This document shows positions 19,286-28,960 of a DNA stretch of 32,000 nt, one piece after another. A model generated the notes under the pieces. It was not told the DNA's origin, did no database searches, and saw only the letters and a program-made list of their open reading frames with translations. This DNA comes from Desulfobulbus propionicus DSM 2032 (GTDB lineage Bacteria; Desulfobacterota; Desulfobulbia; Desulfobulbales; Desulfobulbaceae): positions 3,450,001-3,482,000 of the forward strand of contig NC_014972.1 of NCBI RefSeq assembly GCF_000186885.1, written 5' to 3'. The position numbers and the translations under genes are program-made. How positions within the stretch are numbered: position 1 is the stretch's first letter; each line of letters starts with the position of its first letter.

Positions 19286-19801
19286 ATGCTGAAAAAAAAG
19301 ATGCTCAAGGCACTCAATGACCAGATCAACGCGGAAATGTTTTCATCGTACCTCTACTTGTCCATGGAGTCCTACTTCCAGTCGATCAGCCTGAATGGCT
19401 TTGCCGCTTGGATGCGGGCCCAGGTGCAGGAGGAGCTGATGCACGGGATGAAATTCTACGATTTCGTGTGCGAGCGCGGCGGCAGGGTGACCTTGGAGGC
19501 CATTGCCAAACCGGAATCCACCTGGGCCTCGCCCCTGGCCGCCTTCGAGGCCATCCAGAAGCATGAAGAACATGTGACCAGCCTGATCAATGATCTGGTC
19601 GATCTGGCGATCAGCGAGAAGGATCACGCCACCAACAACTTTCTCCAGTGGTTCGTGTCCGAGCAGGTGGAGGAAGAGGCCAGTGTCGGCGCCATAGTCG
19701 ACAGACTGCGGATGATTCAGGACACCCCCTCCGGGCTGTTCATGATGGATGCGGAGCTGGGCAAGCGGGTCTTCACCATGCCGCAGCCGGCCGCTGAGTA
19801 A
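19286..19801 (+). CDS. ftnA: Non-heme ferritin
   Basis: 171 aa MLKKKMLKALNDQINAEMFSSYLYLSMESYF...QVQEELMHGMKFYDFVCERGG...FVSEQVEEEASV ferroxidase residues. AAAGGAG Shine-Dalgarno upstream. Confidence 0.93.
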   Translation: MLKKKMLKALNDQINAEMFSSYLYLSMESYFQSISLNGFAAWMRAQVQEELMHGMKFYDFVCERGGRVTLEAIAKPESTWASPLAAFEAIQKHEEHVTSLINDLVDLAISEKDHATNNFLQWFVSEQVEEEASVGAIVDRLRMIQDTPSGLFMMDAELGKRVFTMPQPAAE

Positions 19802-19816
19802 GGCCCGGAGTCCGAC

Positions 19817-20521
19817 GTGGGCAGCCGCGCGATCAAAGCCAGGGTCTTGGAGCTGCTGCGAGGCCAGGATCTTGGCCCCATGCGACACGAGTTGGCCCTG
19901 CTTCCGCCCAAGGATGCGGTCAACGCCTTGTTCCCCCTGATCTGCCGGGAAGAGCCCAGCCTGCGCTGGCGGGCGATCACCTGCATGGGCGAGGCAGTGG
20001 CCCGCCTGGCGGAAATCGAGATGGAAGAGGCTCGAATCGTGATGCGCCGCTTCCTCTGGAGCCTCAACGACGAATCAGGCGGTATCGGCTGGGGCGTTCC
20101 CGAGGCCCTGGCCGAAAGCATGTGCCATCATCCGGTGCTGGCCAAGGAATACGCGCACATGCTGATTTCCTACATGCGGGAGGACGGTGAGGAGATCTGC
20201 CAGGACGGCAACTACATCGAGCATCCGCTGCTGCAGCGGGGGGTGCTGTGGGGCATGGCCCGGCTGAGCGGTTGTCGGCCCGAACTTCTGCGCGAAAAAG
20301 GCGCAGGAGCCGACATTCCGCCCTATCTGCACACCAAGGATGCAGAAACCAGGGCATCGGCCATAGTGGCTTGCGGCAACCTCTACCTGACGGCCACCGA
20401 GGCGACCCTGCGGCAGCTGGCCTTGGACTCGGCCCCGGTGACCCTGTACGGGGAGGGGAAATTCCAGACGACCACCGTCGGCGAGTTGGCGCAGGCGGCG
20501 CTGGAGAGGATGAACGAATGA
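19817..20521 (+). CDS. HEAT-like alpha-helical protein, resembling the DVU0298-type family
   Basis: 234 aa GTG-start ORF (RAITCMGEAVARLAE...RRFLWSLNDESGGIGWGVPEALAESMCHHPVLAKEYAHML). 15 nt after ferritin, and overlaps the next gene start (ATGA). Confidence 0.75.
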   Translation: MGSRAIKARVLELLRGQDLGPMRHELALLPPKDAVNALFPLICREEPSLRWRAITCMGEAVARLAEIEMEEARIVMRRFLWSLNDESGGIGWGVPEALAESMCHHPVLAKEYAHMLISYMREDGEEICQDGNYIEHPLLQRGVLWGMARLSGCRPELLREKGAGADIPPYLHTKDAETRASAIVACGNLYLTATEATLRQLALDSAPVTLYGEGKFQTTTVGELAQAALERMNE

Positions 20522-21786
20522 CCGCGCCATCGCTTTTTCCTGCGGTGGCCTGCGTGCAGTTCCCGATCGCCTTGGCCGCAGTGGAGCGCAACATCGCCCA
20601 GGCCGAACAGCTGATCGACCGCTACGGGCCCGCCCCGGGCGCCCTGGTGCTCCTGCCCGAAATGTGGGCCACCGGGTTCGATTATCCACGGACCGCGCAA
20701 CTGGGACAGCGCACCCCGGAGGCCCTGGAGGCCATGGAGCGGATGGCGGCCCGTCATCAGGTCTATGTCGCCGGTTCCCTCACCGAACTGGACACAAACG
20801 GCGGCCGGCCGTACAACACCCTGTTTGTGGCCGGGCCGCGGGGTGTGGTGGGCAAATTGTCGAAGCAGCACCTCTTTGCCTTCTGGCAGGAGGATCGTTT
20901 TTACCAGGGCGGCGAGGCCGCGCCGTTGCTACGCACCGCCCACGGCCCCCTGGCCGGGCTGATCTGCTATGATCTCCGCTTCCCCGACGTCGCCCGAAGC
21001 CAGGTGTTTGCCGGCGGCCAGCTCCTGGCGGTGTCGGCGGAATGGCCGCTCAGCCGTCTTGACCACTGGCAGGCCCTGCTGCGGGCCCGGGCCATCGAAA
21101 ATCAGGTCTATGTGGCGGCGGCCAACGGTTGCGGCTGCACCGGCGGCATGGAGATGGCCGGTCACTCGATGATCATCGGCCCGGACGGCGCGGTGCTCAA
21201 GGCCGCCGCTACCGAGGCCACGGTGATCGGCTGTGCCCTGGCTCCCGGAACGGTCGACGAACAGCGGCGCCGCTTCTTTCCCGCGGGCGATCGCCCCTGG
21301 GTGCGTCCCGACCGGGACAAAATCCGCGCCCTGGAACCCCTGCTGGCCGAACTGGCGCTGATCCGCCGTCACGGCAGCCGCATCGCCTTTACCAACGGCT
21401 GCTTCGACATCCTCCATGCCGGCCATGTCAGCTATCTGGAGCACGCCCGCCGTACCGCCGACTGCCTGGTGGTTGGATTGAACACCGACAGCTCGGTACG
21501 GATGCTCAAGGGACCGGGCCGGCCCATGAATCACGAGGCCGACAGGGCCCGGGTGCTGGCGGCATTGGGCTGTGTTGATTTCGTGGTCCTGTTTGCCGAG
21601 GAAACGCCGATCGACCTGATCACGGCCATTCTGCCCGAGGTGCTGGTCAAGGGCGCGGATTACGCCGAAGACCAGATCGTCGGCGCGGCCGAGGTCAAGG
21701 ACGCCGGCGGCCGAGTGGTGCGCATTCCCTTTGAGCACAATCGCTCAACCACCGGCCTGATTGAAAAAATCAGAACATCATCCTGA
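20518..21786 (+). CDS. Fusion protein: N-terminal nitrilase-superfamily (omega-amidase-like) domain + C-terminal D-glycero-beta-D-manno-heptose-1-phosphate adenylyltransferase (HldE2/RfaE2-like)
   Basis: One uninterrupted 422-codon ORF. The nitrilase part has the E-K-C triad contexts LLPEMWATGFD, GKLSKQHLF and LICYDLRFPDVAR. The C-terminal part has IAFTNGCFDILHAGHVSYLEHAR, VGLNTDSSVRMLKGPGRPMN, LPEVLVKGADYAEDQIVGAAEV and NRSTTGLIEKI. Confidence 0.93.
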   Translation: MTAPSLFPAVACVQFPIALAAVERNIAQAEQLIDRYGPAPGALVLLPEMWATGFDYPRTAQLGQRTPEALEAMERMAARHQVYVAGSLTELDTNGGRPYNTLFVAGPRGVVGKLSKQHLFAFWQEDRFYQGGEAAPLLRTAHGPLAGLICYDLRFPDVARSQVFAGGQLLAVSAEWPLSRLDHWQALLRARAIENQVYVAAANGCGCTGGMEMAGHSMIIGPDGAVLKAAATEATVIGCALAPGTVDEQRRRFFPAGDRPWVRPDRDKIRALEPLLAELALIRRHGSRIAFTNGCFDILHAGHVSYLEHARRTADCLVVGLNTDSSVRMLKGPGRPMNHEADRARVLAALGCVDFVVLFAEETPIDLITAILPEVLVKGADYAEDQIVGAAEVKDAGGRVVRIPFEHNRSTTGLIEKIRTSS

Positions 21787-21826
21787 CCCGTTCCCGGCCG
21801 ATTTCATCAACAACAGAGGAAAATAT

Positions 21827-22018
21827 ATGACAACTTTGCGGATTAACGGCATGAAATGCCAGCACTGCGCGGCAACCGCCAAAAAAGTCTTGGAAGAACT
21901 GGGCGCCAGCGAGGTGACCATCGATCTCGACAAGGGCGAAGCCCGCTTTGCAGGGAGCCTTGACGCGGCCGTGGTGCGACGCGCCATCGCCGCCAAGGGG
22001 TTTACCGTGGTCGATTGA
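21827..22018 (+). CDS. Heavy-metal-associated (HMA) domain protein, CopZ-like
   Basis: 63 aa MTTLRINGMKCQHCAATAKKVLEELGASEVTIDLDKGEARF, with the CxxC metal motif. AGAGGA Shine-Dalgarno. Confidence 0.88.
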   Translation: MTTLRINGMKCQHCAATAKKVLEELGASEVTIDLDKGEARFAGSLDAAVVRRAIAAKGFTVVD

Positions 22019-22089
22019 TCTCTCCACCAACCAACGCCTAGCACGAGCAGGCTGGCGGCCGGCCGGCCCCCTGCCCGGCAACGATCCGG

Positions 22090-22482
22090 TCAGTGGACCG
22101 TTTCCATTTCGTCGGTCACAAGAAAATGTCCGGCCGCCCTGTGGTTGTTGCAATAACGGATGGTGACACCTTCCAACTCCGACGTGCCGTCCAGGGGCTT
22201 CGATGGTGCGGGGTCATCCAGACAGAACAGGACGGTCACCCGCAGCTCCTGCTGCACGATCACCGACTTGAACACCTGCAGCAACGAACGCAGGCGGGAC
22301 ATCGAAGCCCAATGATCGAATTCGGCCCGCCGCAGATCAAGGACCATTTCACGATAGCTCTGGCCGTAGGTCTCGAGGATCGCGTACTGAATGAGCGGAT
22401 GCACCGCGTGGGCATCGATCCGACCACTGACCTCGATGGTGATGTGGTGTCGCTTGCGATCGATATGGTTGCTGATATGCAT
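22090..22482 (-). CDS. STAS-like small protein, function unknown
   Basis: 130 aa; ITIEVSGRIDAHAVHPLIQYAILETYGQSYREMVLDLRRAEFDHWASMSRLRSLLQVF resembles STAS/anti-anti-sigma topology. Shine-Dalgarno-like GGGAGG upstream on the minus strand. Confidence 0.6.
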   Translation of the reverse strand: MHISNHIDRKRHHITIEVSGRIDAHAVHPLIQYAILETYGQSYREMVLDLRRAEFDHWASMSRLRSLLQVFKSVIVQQELRVTVLFCLDDPAPSKPLDGTSELEGVTIRYCNNHRAAGHFLVTDEMETVH

Positions 22483-22816
22483 GGTGCATTCCCTCCCCGC
22501 CCGGATGGCTGCTCGTTTTGGAAACGATTCGGCTTCACGGCCGCCCTCTTCGGCCTCTCTTTGCCCCCACTCTAATGCAGGCCAGCACGACCGTACAGTA
22601 AGGATGCGGTAAATGTTGCTGCCGGGTCAGGCGCATTGGGGAACAAGCCGATGGAGGACAAAGGACAAGCGCGCCAATACGGCCCTTTTGCAGAATGTAT
22701 CCACTGCCGGCACATCTTGTTGACCACCCAAGAAGGCAATGTTATGGTGGCAAATTCGATAACTTGGCGGTTCTGGAGCACTTCCCGGGCCGCTTTTCTT
22801 GTGCTGGGGGCATGGA

Positions 22817-23953
22817 ATGAAAATCAAACCGTTTCTTGTGAGTATCGCGGTGATCGTGGTGGTGGTCGGTGCGCTGGCAGGGACCAAGGTGCTGCAGATC
22901 ACCACCCTAATCAACAAGGGGAAAACAACCGTGGTGCCGCCCGAAGTGGTGACCACCTGCGCGGTCAAGGAGCAGAACTGGGAGTCGCTGGTGACCGCGG
23001 TCGGCTCACTGGAGGCGGTCCAGGGCGTGACCATCACCGCCGAGGTCACCGGCAAGGTGACGGTCATTGCCTTTGAACCGGGGACGCACGTCAAGGCCGG
23101 TGAACTGCTGGTCCAGCAGGACATCGGTACGGAAACCGCGCAGCTGCGCGCGGCCGAGGCGGCGGTGGCCCTGGCCAAGGTGACCTTGGATCGCTCCCGG
23201 AAGATGCTGGCCACCAAAACCGTGCCCGAGGCCAACTATGACAACGCCGAGGCGCAGTACAAGCAGGCCCTGGCACAGGCCGACGCCATCCGCGCCACCA
23301 TCGCCAAGAAGACCATCCGCGCCCCCTTTAGCGGCCTGCTGGGCATTCGCCAGGTGAACATCGGCCAAATCATCAAGGAAGGCGAGCCCATCGTCTCCCT
23401 GCAATCGCTCGACCCGATCTTTGTCAACTTCCTGGTGCCCCAGCAGCAGCTGCCCCTGATCCGAACCGGCTATCCGGTTCGGCTGACATCGGACGGACTG
23501 CCTGACGGGCAGACGATCAACGGTGCCATCACCGCCATCAATCCGGATGTCGATGCCAGCAGCCGCAATATCCGGGTCCAGGCCACCCTCGGCAACCAGG
23601 GCGAGCTCCTCCGGCCGGGGATGTTCGCCAACGTGGCGGTGGTCCTGCCCAAGAAGAGTCCGGTGCTGACCGTGCCGACCACGGCCGTGCTCTATGCGCC
23701 CTATTCCGATTCGGTGTTCATCGTCGAGGAAACCAAGGCCGAGAGCGGTGGCAAGGCTGGCCTGGTGGCGCGTCAGCAGTTTGTCCGCCTTGGAGAAAAA
23801 CGCGGCGATTTCGTGGCCGTGACCTCCGGGCTCAAGCCCGAGCAGACCGTGGTCAGCACCGGGGTGTTCAAGCTGCGTAACGGCCAGGGCGTGGTCGTCG
23901 ACAATACCCTGGCCCCGGAATTCAACCTGGCGCCCCAGCCCAAGGACAGCTGA
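22817..23953 (+). CDS. RND efflux periplasmic adaptor (membrane fusion protein)
   Basis: Signal/TM MKIKPFLVSIAVIVVVVGALAG. MFP motifs GSLEAVQGVTITAEVTGKVTVIAFEPGTHVKAGELLVQQD, TIRAPFSGLLGIRQVNIGQIIKEGEPIVSLQSLDPIFVNF and LRPGMFANV. Confidence 0.95.
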   Translation: MKIKPFLVSIAVIVVVVGALAGTKVLQITTLINKGKTTVVPPEVVTTCAVKEQNWESLVTAVGSLEAVQGVTITAEVTGKVTVIAFEPGTHVKAGELLVQQDIGTETAQLRAAEAAVALAKVTLDRSRKMLATKTVPEANYDNAEAQYKQALAQADAIRATIAKKTIRAPFSGLLGIRQVNIGQIIKEGEPIVSLQSLDPIFVNFLVPQQQLPLIRTGYPVRLTSDGLPDGQTINGAITAINPDVDASSRNIRVQATLGNQGELLRPGMFANVAVVLPKKSPVLTVPTTAVLYAPYSDSVFIVEETKAESGGKAGLVARQQFVRLGEKRGDFVAVTSGLKPEQTVVSTGVFKLRNGQGVVVDNTLAPEFNLAPQPKDS

Positions 23954-23956
23954 GCC

Positions 23957-26900
23957 ATGAAATTCACCGATCTCTTTGTCCAGCGGCCGGTGCTGGCGAT
24001 GGTGACCAGCCTGCTGATCATCATCGCCGGTCTCCAAGCCATCGGCTCGCTCAATGTCCGCCAGTATCCGAAGAGCGACAACGCCGTGGTCACGGTCACC
24101 ACCGTCTACACCGGCGCCAGCGCCGATCTGGTGCGCGGCTTCATCACCACCCCGCTGGAGCGGGCCATTGCCGCCGCCGACGGCATCGACTATCTCCAGT
24201 CACAGAGCGCCCAGGGCGTCTCGACCATCAGTGCCCGCCTGCGCCTCAACTACGACCCGATCAAGGCCCTGTCCGAAATCAGCTCCAAGGTCGACCAGGT
24301 GCGCGGCGACCTGCCGCCCGAGGCCGAGATCCCGATCATCAACGTCGAGTCGGCCGATTCCAAGTTTGCCTCGGCCTATCTCAGCTTTACCTCCGAGCTT
24401 CTCGAGCAGAACGAGATCACCGACTATCTGGTGCGCGTGGTCCAGCCCCGGCTGTCGGCCCTCCAGGGGGTACAGCGGGCCGACGTGCTCGGCGCCCGCA
24501 CCTTTGCCATGCGCATCTGGCTCGATCCCGACCGGATGGCCGCCTTCAACGTCAGTCCGGCCCAGGTCCGCCAAGCCCTGGCGGCCAACAACTTCCTCGC
24601 CGCAGTCGGCAAGACCAAGGGTTCGCTGGTCCAGGTCAATCTGACCGCCAACACCGACATGCGCACGGTGGAGGATTTCAAGCGACTGGTGATTCGCGAG
24701 GACCAGGGCGCCCTGGTGCGGATCGAGGACGTGGGCGAGGTGGTGCTCGGCGCCGAGGATTACGAGAGCGAGGTGCGCTTTTCCGGCCAGACCGCCGTGT
24801 TCATGGGCATCTGGCCCCTGCCCAATGCCAACTCGCTGGAGGTGATCAAGCGGGTGCGAGCCGAAATGGCGGCCATCGACAAGCAGCTGCCCAGCGGCCT
24901 GACGGCGCGCATCGCCTACGACGGCACCGACTACATCGAGAACGCCATCAAGGAGGTGGTCAAGACCCTGAGCGAGACGCTGGTGATCGTGGTGATCATC
25001 ATCTTTCTCTTTCTCGGCTCGCTGCGTTCGGCCCTGATCCCGGTGGTAACCATCCCGCTGTCCTTGATCGGGGCGATGTTTCTCATGCAGGTGTTCGGCT
25101 TCACCATCAACCTGCTGACCCTGCTGGCCATCGTCCTTTCCGTGGGACTGGTGGTCGACGATGCCATTGTCGTGGTCGAAAATGTCGAACGCCATCTCGG
25201 CGAGGGCAAGACCCCGATCGAGGCGGCCCTGCTCAGCGGCCGCGAACTGGTCAACCCGCTGATCTCGATGACCATTACCCTGGCCGCAGTCTATGCACCC
25301 ATCGGCCTGCAGGGCGGGTTGACCGGCTCGCTGTTCCGTGAATTCGCCTTTACCCTCGCCGGGGCAGTGACCATTTCCGGCGTGGTCGCCCTGACCCTGT
25401 CGCCGATGATGTCGTCCCGCCTGCTCAAGGCAGGCATGACCGACCGTGGCCTGGCCGGCAAGATCAAGCGCGATTTCAACCGGCTGCGCATCACCTACGG
25501 CCGTTGGCTGGAGATCACCCTCCGCCACCGGCCGGCGGTCTATGTCCTCTGGATCGTGCTCAGCCTGCTGGCCGTGCCCCTGTTCAAGATGTCCGCCAAG
25601 GAATTGGCCCCCACCGAGGACCAGGGCGTCATCTTCGGGATCATCGATTCCGCGGCCAACTCGACCCTTGACCAGAACAGTCTGTATTCGGCGGCGGTCA
25701 ACCAGGTCTTCCACAGCATTGCCGAAAACAACTTTGTGTTCCAACTCACCGAACCCAGTTCCGGGTTCAGCGGCATGGTGGTCAAACCCTGGCAGGAGCG
25801 CGAGCGGACCATCTTCGAGATCATGCCTGAGGTGGCGATGAAGCTCCATGCCATTCCCGGGGTGCGGGTGCTGCCGGTGACTCCGCCCGCGCTGCCCGGC
25901 GGCGGCCAGTTCCCGGTGGAATTCGTCATCGCCTCCACCGCCGAGCTCGACCAGGTGCTCGCCTTCGCCCATCAGATCCAGACGGCCGCTACCCAGAGCA
26001 AGATGTTCGCCTTCCCGCCGCTGATCGACGTCAAGATCGATCAACCGCAGTCGGAAATCGTCATCGACCGCGACAAGGTGGCCGACATCGGTCTCAACCT
26101 GCAGCAGGTGGGCGTCGATCTGGCGACGATGATGGGCGGCAACTACGTCAACCGCTTCAATATCGCCGGCCGCAGCTACAAGGTGATTCCCCAGGTGATG
26201 CGGGTCGACCGTCTCAATCCGGAACAGTTGAGCACCATCCATGTCACTGGCCCCAATGGCCAATTGGTGCCGCTGTCCACCATCGCCACCCTCAAGAACA
26301 CCACCGAGGCTCGCTCGCTCAACCGCTTCCAACAGCTCAACGCGGTCACCATCAGCGCCTATCCGGTGCGGCCGCTGGACGAGGCGCTGCGCTTTCTGGA
26401 GGACGAGGCGGCCAAGATCCTGCCCCAGGGCTACAGCCTCGACTATACCGGCGAATCCCGCCAGCTCCGCGTCGAGGGCAACACCTTTGTCCAGGCCTTC
26501 GCCTTGGCCATTGTGCTGATTTTTCTGGTGCTCGCGGCCCAGTTCAACAGCTTCCGCGACCCCTTCGTCATCCTGGCCGGTTCGGTACCGCTCGCCATGT
26601 TCGGCGCCCTGATCTTCACCTTCCTCAAGATGCCCGACCCCAATGTCCCCTTCTGGACCAAGGGCTGGACCACGACCTTGAACATCTATTCGCAGGTGGG
26701 GTTGGTGACCTTGGTCGGGCTGGTGTCGAAAAACGGCATTCTCATCGTCGAGTTTGCCAACAAGCTGCAATTACAGGGATTGAGCAAACACTCCGCCGTG
26801 CTTGAAGCCTCCATGACCCGGCTGCGGCCGATCCTGATGACCACCGGCGCCACCATTGCCGGTCATTTTCCGCTCACCCTGGTCACCGGCGCCGGTGCGG

Positions 26901-27049
26901 CGGCACGCAATTCCATCGGTTTGGTCCTGGTGGGCGGGATGGCCATCGGCTCGCTCTTTACCTTGTTTGTGATCCCGTCGATCTACATGCTGGTGGCCAA
27001 GGATCATTCCAGGGAGGCCAGCAAACAAGAAAGAACCGAGGCGGGTTGA
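23957..27049 (+). CDS. RND multidrug efflux permease (AcrB/MexF-like)
   Basis: 1030 aa [58 protein letters not shown] and [13 protein letters not shown]-terminal [20 protein letters not shown] and [24 protein letters not shown]. Confidence 0.96.
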   Translation: MKFTDLFVQRPVLAMVTSLLIIIAGLQAIGSLNVRQYPKSDNAVVTVTTVYTGASADLVRGFITTPLERAIAAADGIDYLQSQSAQGVSTISARLRLNYDPIKALSEISSKVDQVRGDLPPEAEIPIINVESADSKFASAYLSFTSELLEQNEITDYLVRVVQPRLSALQGVQRADVLGARTFAMRIWLDPDRMAAFNVSPAQVRQALAANNFLAAVGKTKGSLVQVNLTANTDMRTVEDFKRLVIREDQGALVRIEDVGEVVLGAEDYESEVRFSGQTAVFMGIWPLPNANSLEVIKRVRAEMAAIDKQLPSGLTARIAYDGTDYIENAIKEVVKTLSETLVIVVIIIFLFLGSLRSALIPVVTIPLSLIGAMFLMQVFGFTINLLTLLAIVLSVGLVVDDAIVVVENVERHLGEGKTPIEAALLSGRELVNPLISMTITLAAVYAPIGLQGGLTGSLFREFAFTLAGAVTISGVVALTLSPMMSSRLLKAGMTDRGLAGKIKRDFNRLRITYGRWLEITLRHRPAVYVLWIVLSLLAVPLFKMSAKELAPTEDQGVIFGIIDSAANSTLDQNSLYSAAVNQVFHSIAENNFVFQLTEPSSGFSGMVVKPWQERERTIFEIMPEVAMKLHAIPGVRVLPVTPPALPGGGQFPVEFVIASTAELDQVLAFAHQIQTAATQSKMFAFPPLIDVKIDQPQSEIVIDRDKVADIGLNLQQVGVDLATMMGGNYVNRFNIAGRSYKVIPQVMRVDRLNPEQLSTIHVTGPNGQLVPLSTIATLKNTTEARSLNRFQQLNAVTISAYPVRPLDEALRFLEDEAAKILPQGYSLDYTGESRQLRVEGNTFVQAFALAIVLIFLVLAAQFNSFRDPFVILAGSVPLAMFGALIFTFLKMPDPNVPFWTKGWTTTLNIYSQVGLVTLVGLVSKNGILIVEFANKLQLQGLSKHSAVLEASMTRLRPILMTTGATIAGHFPLTLVTGAGAAARNSIGLVLVGGMAIGSLFTLFVIPSIYMLVAKDHSREASKQERTEAG

Positions 27050-27138
27050 CGCACCGCCTGCCCCGCCCGTTTTGCTGATTGTTTTTCCGGTTATCCTGAC
27101 AAAAAGCAGGCAAACCCTTTGGATACGGACTGATGGCA

Positions 27139-27160
27139 TGGGCGCGATCTCTCGTGCCCA
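27139..27160. repeat. 9-bp-stem hairpin upstream of gdx
   Basis: TGGGCGCGA-TCTC-TCGTGCCCA (one G-T wobble), between the RND permease stop and gdx. Confidence 0.55.
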
Positions 27161-27206
27161 CAGCCTCTCCGGAGCAACCTCGCCATGCACACTATTTTTT
27201 TCTGCC

Positions 27207-27527
27207 ATGAACTGGATTATCCTTCTCGCTGCCGGCCTGCTTGAAGTCGGCTGGGCCATCGGCCTCAAGTATACCGACGGGTTCACCCGCCTGTGGCCTA
27301 CGATCGGCACCGTGCTGGCCATGGTGCTCAGCATGGGTCTGCTCGGCCTGGCGGTCAAGTCGCTGCCCGTGGGCACGGCCTATGCGGTATGGGTCGGGGT
27401 GGGCGCGGTGGGCACCGCTCTTTTGGGGATCGTTCTCTTTGACGAACCGGCCAATCCGGCGCGGCTGCTCAGCCTTGGCCTCATCCTGGCCGGCATCATC
27501 GGCCTCAAGCTGGCCTCGCCCGCCTGA
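27207..27527 (+). CDS. gdx: Small multidrug resistance family protein, guanidinium exporter type (Gdx/SugE)
   Basis: 106 aa [98 protein letters not shown] and [11 protein letters not shown] are typical of the SugE/Gdx branch. Confidence 0.92.
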   Translation: MNWIILLAAGLLEVGWAIGLKYTDGFTRLWPTIGTVLAMVLSMGLLGLAVKSLPVGTAYAVWVGVGAVGTALLGIVLFDEPANPARLLSLGLILAGIIGLKLASPA

Positions 27528-27536
27528 AATCAAGAA

Positions 27537-27911
27537 TCAGCCTGGCCCCTTTTTGCTCTCGCGGCGCTGCTGGTCCAGATCGCGATAGGCCGCGGGAAGA
27601 AAACGTGGCGTGCAGACCGCAAGAAAGAGCAGGTCCACATGGCCGATGTTGGTGATTCGCTGCCGGCAACCCGGAGGGATCAGCACCACATCGCCGGCTT
27701 GGACCTGCCGGGGGGGCTCGTCGCCGACTTCCACCAGGCCGTTGCCTTCCAGCAGCAGGTACCGCTCCTGGATGCCCTCAAGACCGTGCCATCGGGTGGA
27801 CTGCCCCGCTGCCACCCGGGCACGGGCCACGGACACTGCCGGGTCGTCGGGGGTATTGTGCAGTTCGAGGATGAAACAGCCTTCCTCGAAATAGTATTCC
27901 TCGTCGCTCAT
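27537..27911 (-). CDS. Cupin-domain protein (ORF open to 27932)
   Basis: HGLEGIQERYLLLEGNGLVEVGDEPPRQVQAGDVVLIPPGCRQRITNIGHVDLLFLAVCTPRF matches the cupin 2 motif pattern. Confidence 0.85.
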   Translation of the reverse strand: MSDEEYYFEEGCFILELHNTPDDPAVSVARARVAAGQSTRWHGLEGIQERYLLLEGNGLVEVGDEPPRQVQAGDVVLIPPGCRQRITNIGHVDLLFLAVCTPRFLPAAYRDLDQQRRESKKGPG

Positions 27912-28094
27912 CCCGTTCCTCGCGGCGCTCACGCTAATTCGTTCAATCCAGGGACACCACCAGCGCGGCCGGCCATAGGCCGTACAGAGCGCACAGGCCC
28001 ACCCCCGGTCTGCGGCGAAACCATCGCCGAGACCAGACTGAACGAGAAACTCGCTCCCGCGCTCTCCTCGGCGTGCCCGCGGGGGGCATCCCGC

Positions 28095-28865
28095 TCACAG
28101 TCCATACTTCTTGCTGTAACCGCGTGGAGTGATCATTTTTTCCCGCCAGACAAAGGTCTGCGAGTTGCCGATGATCACCGTGGTCTGCATGCCGATCTCC
28201 TCATCGAGCATCATGCCCAGCGTGGTCAACCGCACGCTCTCGTGCTCGCGGGTGGCGCCGCTGACAATGCCCACCGGCGTGTCCGGCGAGCGGTGCGCGA
28301 GCAGGATCTCACGGGCGCGGACGATCTGATCGGTGCGTTTTTTGGACTTGGGATTGTAGATCACCACCACGAAATCGGCCGGAGCCACGGCTTCGAGGCG
28401 GCGTTCGATCAGTTCCCAGGGGGTCATCAGGTCGGAGAGGCTGATGGCGGCGAAATCGTGCATCAGCGGCGCGCCGAGGACAGCGGCGCAGGAATTGAGG
28501 GCGGCGATGCCGGGGATGATATCGATTGCGGCCTGGGCCTCCATGGACCGGGCCAGTTCAAACACCAGCCCGGCCATGGCGTAGATGCCGGGATCGCCGC
28601 CGCAGACCAGGGCCACGCGGCGGCCCGCCTCCGCCAGCTCCAGGGCCTTGCGGCAGCGGTCGATCTCCTGCATCATTGACGAGGACAGGACCTCGCTCTG
28701 GGGGTTGAGGCAATCGCGCACCAGGTCGAGATAGGTGCGGTAACCGACCACGATTTCGGCCTGCTCCAAGGCAGCCTGGGCCCGGGGGGCCATGAGATCG
28801 GTGGCGCCGGGGCCGAGGCCGACAACGGAGAGGGTGCCGGGGGTGCTAGTTTGTGCTGTTGCCAT
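28095..28865 (-). CDS. cobJ: Precorrin-3B/cobalt-factor III C17-methyltransferase
   Basis: LSVVGLGPGATDLMAPRAQAALEQAEIVVGYRTYLDLV, SSSMMQEIDRC, LVCGGDPGIYAMAGLVFE and PGIAALNSCAAVLGAPLMHDFAAISLSDLMTPWE. Confidence 0.94.
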   Translation of the reverse strand: MATAQTSTPGTLSVVGLGPGATDLMAPRAQAALEQAEIVVGYRTYLDLVRDCLNPQSEVLSSSMMQEIDRCRKALELAEAGRRVALVCGGDPGIYAMAGLVFELARSMEAQAAIDIIPGIAALNSCAAVLGAPLMHDFAAISLSDLMTPWELIERRLEAVAPADFVVVIYNPKSKKRTDQIVRAREILLAHRSPDTPVGIVSGATREHESVRLTTLGMMLDEEIGMQTTVIIGNSQTFVWREKMITPRGYSKKYGL

Positions 28866-28928
28866 GTTGAGTTTCCTTACTGTTTGAACTGAGAGGTTGA
28901 TAGTCTGGAGTTGTTGAGTCTGTTAGGT

Positions 28929-28960
28929 AAAAAAACGACACGATGCGCATGTGCATCGTG
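28929..28960 (-). terminator. Intrinsic terminator (minus strand) between cbiG and cobJ
   Basis: Minus-strand RNA sense: CACGATGC-ACATGC-GCATCGTG, then TCG, then TTTTTTT (A7 at 28929-28935 on plus). Confidence 0.75.

Noticed and set aside
20248-20517. N-terminal extension of the nitrilase-HldE2 ORF
   Set aside because: Overlaps the HEAT-like gene in another frame and has nonsense-like composition. The natural start is the ATG at 20518 overlapping the upstream stop.
22047-22074. GGCCGGCCGGCC palindrome (22057-22068) flanked by GCAGG/CCTGC after the HMA gene
   Set aside because: Probably a simple GC-rich intergenic hairpin between convergent genes. No T-tract and no sign of a larger element.
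24200-26770. 856-aa minus-strand ORF opposite the RND permease
   Set aside because: Mirror of the permease codons. It has low-complexity His/Gln/Asp/Leu composition and no domain.
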